Of a stretch of DNA of 64,000 nucleotides, positions 60,427-64,000 are shown piece by piece; position 1 is the stretch's first letter, and the number at the start of each line of letters is the position of its first letter. The stretch spans positions 791,182,001-791,246,000 of the forward strand of contig NC_091283.1 in NCBI RefSeq assembly GCF_032444005.1, given 5' to 3'. The notes below the pieces were generated by a model. It was not told the origin of the DNA, did not search any database, and worked only from the letters and a program-made list of their open reading frames with translations. The stretch comes from Ranitomeya imitator (Eukaryota). The position numbers were made by a program, and so were the translations under genes.

Positions 60427-60992
60427 AATATATTGATGCTAGAATGTAAACTATTTTAAAAGACCCATTCTGTGAAAACTTTTCTTCATATTCCAAACTC
60501 CATCTAGACGAAATCTGATGGCTGGCCATGACTGTTTATTGCCATAAAAAGAGGGGGATACGTGGCTGCCACACACCTTTATTGCATTTATGTCTGGTTT
60601 GAGCAAAGAATTGACAATAACAACATTGACAATCCTTGTTTCATCCAACAGAACACAGTAGGCTTCATAATAACTATGACGTTGCAGGCGAATTAGGGCA
60701 AGTGGTGACAAAATCTAACATTTATGCACAGCTGGATCAAGATTAATCGAAGTTCCAGAGAAAGAAATTAGTGCCTCCAACCCATTAACAGTGTCCTCCT
60801 CGATTAATCTTGATCCAGCTCATTTTCAGAGAAACCAGTCGTTTCAATTTTCCAATATAGTTTGGGGAATTAAATCTCAACTCCTGATATTGGTTGGATA
60901 CTACAATGTTGTATTAATGAAATTATGTTATTTTCTTTTTACATAACACAATACTGTACAAATGTATAAGATAGCCTTTTACCATACTACAG

Positions 60993-61087
60993 GGAGGTGA
61001 CGGTGAGATCAAAGACGGTGTCCTTGAAGCAAACCAAACCCAGCAACCACTTCGCCAGCCAACCAACTACAGAGCAAGGTTTCGTAG
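60993..61087 (+). CDS. YBX3: YBX3 next coding exon (GGDGEIKDGVLEANQTQQPLRQPTNYRARFR+R)
   Basis: 95 nt, TACAG/GTAGGT sites, phase 0 start. Resembles the mammalian YBX3 AGEIGEMKDGVPEG...YRPRYR exon. Confidence 0.8.
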
Positions 61088-61859
61088 GTAGGTTCTTCAA
61101 AGTATTAATTTGTATTTTTATTATTAACTAATTATTATTATATTATAGTAATTTATTTTCTATTAAAGTGTCTGGTGTTCTGAATAAAACTCCAATGGTC
61201 ATGATAGCCAAATAATATTAGCTCATTAATATTGTAATTCTCTTCCAAATACTAATTACTGAATAATGCTATATAATATTTCCATTTCCATGAGACTAGA
61301 TTCTGACAATTCAGCAAATTATTAGAGTTTATTGGAGTTAATTGCATCAAATTAATAAAAGTGTGCGAGCCTCTGGTGCATTTTGGGCTAAAGAAAGTAA
61401 AATCATTTGCACAACAAATTTTCTGCATTTAGAAAATGAGAAAGTTACTGAACATGTCCCTTCACACTTTTCTCACCGTGCACCATAATTTAGAACTTTT
61501 TTACACCTGATGAAAATTGATAGACCTTTTCATCTGATGGATACCTTTAAATTATCATTCTAGTTATTTTTTAGTTCATTCTCTAATTTATACACTGTTG
61601 CCTTAGTTTGTTTTCCCTTTGAATGTTCATTAAAATGTATGTATTCCTTACATTCAATTAAGTCATGTGATTTCATTTTGATCCTCTAGGAATTATATAC
61701 CTTTACGTTCTCTCAAGCGAGACACTATCTCAGTCTGGGATGAGGGATAGAAACTCCTATCCTAGTTACAGATGATGATTAGACAGCTCCTATGTAAATC
61801 TCTGTTACATTTCTAAATAAATCTTTTTACTAACGACATTGTAGATGGGATTCTAGGTA

Positions 61860-62710
61860 AAATATGTGTTTTAATGATCACGCATAACTTTGCAGGGCAA
61901 TAAAAGCCAAACTGGATTGTATAATATTACCAAAAGACCTAAATAAGCTGGCCACTGGGCAAAAAATGTAACTGATGAATAGTAATGTTGATGAATGTAA
62001 AGTAATGCACCTTGTCCTGCATTTACACTAGATGTACGTAAACTAGTGATAACTAAATAAGTTAAGGAATTATGTATTCAGGTTACAAGTAAGATAAGCA
62101 GCAGTACTCAGCTTTAAACAGTCGCTACCGTTGAAAATAAGAGTTTATGATTACGATGTATAGAAATAAATAACAACCCAGGATACCATTGTAATATTAC
62201 CCCTCTATAAATCCCTTATAAGGCCACATCTTGAATATGGGATCTAGTTGTAGACAGAAAGGATTCAAAGTCGGCAACCAGATTAATTAAGCAATATAAG
62301 AGATCTTTCTTAAAATGAGAGGTTAAAAAACCTGTCCAGGTTACCAAAAAGGCTCCTCAGAAGTGATCTCATTTAGATTTATTAATAAATATGTGGTCAA
62401 TACAAAAAACGGGTATATGATTTGTTCCTGCCAAAGACCTTCCAAAAGACCAGGGGCCATTCATTATGTGTGGAGGAAAGGCAATTTAGACATCTAAACA
62501 CGAGAAGGTTCTTTACAGTTAGAGCATACAGACAATGGAAAGCTCGACCACTGGAGGTAGTAATGGCAGATAATATATCAGCTGGTAAAAAAAGAGGCTG
62601 GATAATTTTCTCATAACAAATGGCATTGAGGGTTATTATAATTTAGTGATAAATGTATCATTGACCTAGAAAGGTTGCATTTGATGAATTTGTGTAGCTA
62701 TGTAACAGTT
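61860..62710 (+). mobile_element. Decayed CR1 LINE ORF2/3' fragment
   Basis: KCKVMHL-like (~61995), RPHLEYG (~62221) and RRFFTVRA (~62500) peptides typical of CR1 ORF2. Boundaries approximate. Confidence 0.7.
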
Positions 62711-62840
62711 CAGCCTCTCACACTGCATACTTATAATATATTAGCTTACTTAAAGCACCACTCCTATGTTTGTTTGTTTTTCGTTCACTGACAAAGTGGT
62801 TTTGCTAATGTCTGTTTCCAGCCCTTAGTAAAATACTTAC

Positions 62841-63151
62841 AATGTTTACCCTGGTTACCATTGTAAATGTAAAAAAAAAAAAAAAACACTACATACTCAC
62901 ATTCCGGTGCCTGTCACGTCCACCGCCGTCAGCTTCCCGCACTGACTGTGAGCGCCGGCCGTAAAGCACAGCGGTCCTGCGCTTAGTAACCCGATGTTTA
63001 CCCTGGTTACCCGGGGACTTCGGCATCGTTGGTCGCTGGAGAGCTGTCTGTGTGACAGCTCTCCAGCGACCACACAACAACTTATCAACGATCACGGCCA
63101 GGTCGTATCGCTGGTCGTGATCGTTGGAAAGTTGCTCTGTGTGAAGGTACC
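62841..63151. mobile_element. Truncated Harbinger-like non-autonomous element
   Basis: Right end TGTGTGAAGGTACC and internal hairpin GTCGCTGGAGAGCTGTC/GACAGCTCTCCAGCGAC. Left TIR not seen. Confidence 0.5.
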
Positions 63152-64000
63152 TTTAGGCCAAAGGGCAGATGCAATTATCCATTTGCAGGCAGCTATGCTA
63201 TTGTTGATAGCACATTTCTGTTTACGTGGTGTAAAGCTGCAGTAGCATCGTACGCAGTGAAGAGGCAGTGACCCACAAATTCAAACACAAAAGTCTCTTA
63301 ATGTGTTTCTTCACAGCATTAAAGTCCAATTCACATAAATGCATATAACTTCAGTGGATATTATCAGTGACCAGTTTACACCAGTTCAAAGCAATACGTA
63401 TCACATGGCTTTAGATTTGTGGTCCCTAAACAGGCCAGACTTCCCTTGTCCAGTTTCCCTGGGCGACCGCACGCCATCTCACAGTCTCTCTACGTCTCCA
63501 TACACACAGCCTCATATGTTGCAGACACTACACACGCCAGCCCTCCTCTGACTAGTTCTCGTGGGTGTCCTGCATCGCTGTATCACAGTCTCTTTACAGG
63601 CTCTTTACTCACACAGTCGTACACAGTTCAGGATATCCTCCGGATAGCAGCCAGGCACCATAGCCACCTGTTTGCAATCATAGCACATGCTAGTCCTCTT
63701 TGGGGTACAGGACATCCACCTCCGGGCACAGGACTGTCCACATCCGACTCATTCGGGCACAGGACAACAGATATGGTTTCTCCATGTATTTCATAGAAGG
63801 CCATTAATTTCAGTTGTCATCATTTAATACATGTATGCCTGGCCTTAATTTCCTTAGGTGAAAACCAGGATTTTTTATAGATGTCAGGCACATTAATATC
63901 ACCCATCACCAGGCTGGCTTCATTATCTAAGAAAACTTTTATGGTGGAACAACCCACTGAAGCTGTTACTTAGCATTTGCACAACTAGGAAACAAAGAGC

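Overview
Vertebrate genomic DNA with spliceosomal genes. The transposon repertoire suggests a frog (inference). Two host genes are present on the + strand: the last two coding exons of GSTK1 (2126-4372) and exons 1-6 of a YBX3-type Y-box/cold-shock gene (51030-61087, continuing beyond the window). The ~40 kb between them is mostly transposons. First, a four-level nest at 5077-21563: a TTAA piggyBac-type non-autonomous element contains a decayed full-length DIRS1-type retrotransposon. That element contains a second, recombinase-only mini-DIRS, which in turn contains two Penelope-like (PLE) insertions. One PLE has a 959-codon RT+GIY-YIG ORF, 614-bp inverted ends and a variant hammerhead-ribozyme motif. 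Second, a truncated third DIRS, several Tc1 remnants, solo LTRs and many MITEs. Third, a ~5-kb tandem duplication containing the YBX3 TATA promoter and exon 1. Each copy carries a private insertion whose empty site is visible in the other copy: a 12.6-kb hAT with an intact 1191-aa transposase and ~6 kb of internal tandem arrays in copy 1, and a 162-bp MITE in copy 2. No rRNA, tRNA or CRISPR array was seen. All family names come from motif recognition by eye; no database search was run, and divergence counts are approximate.
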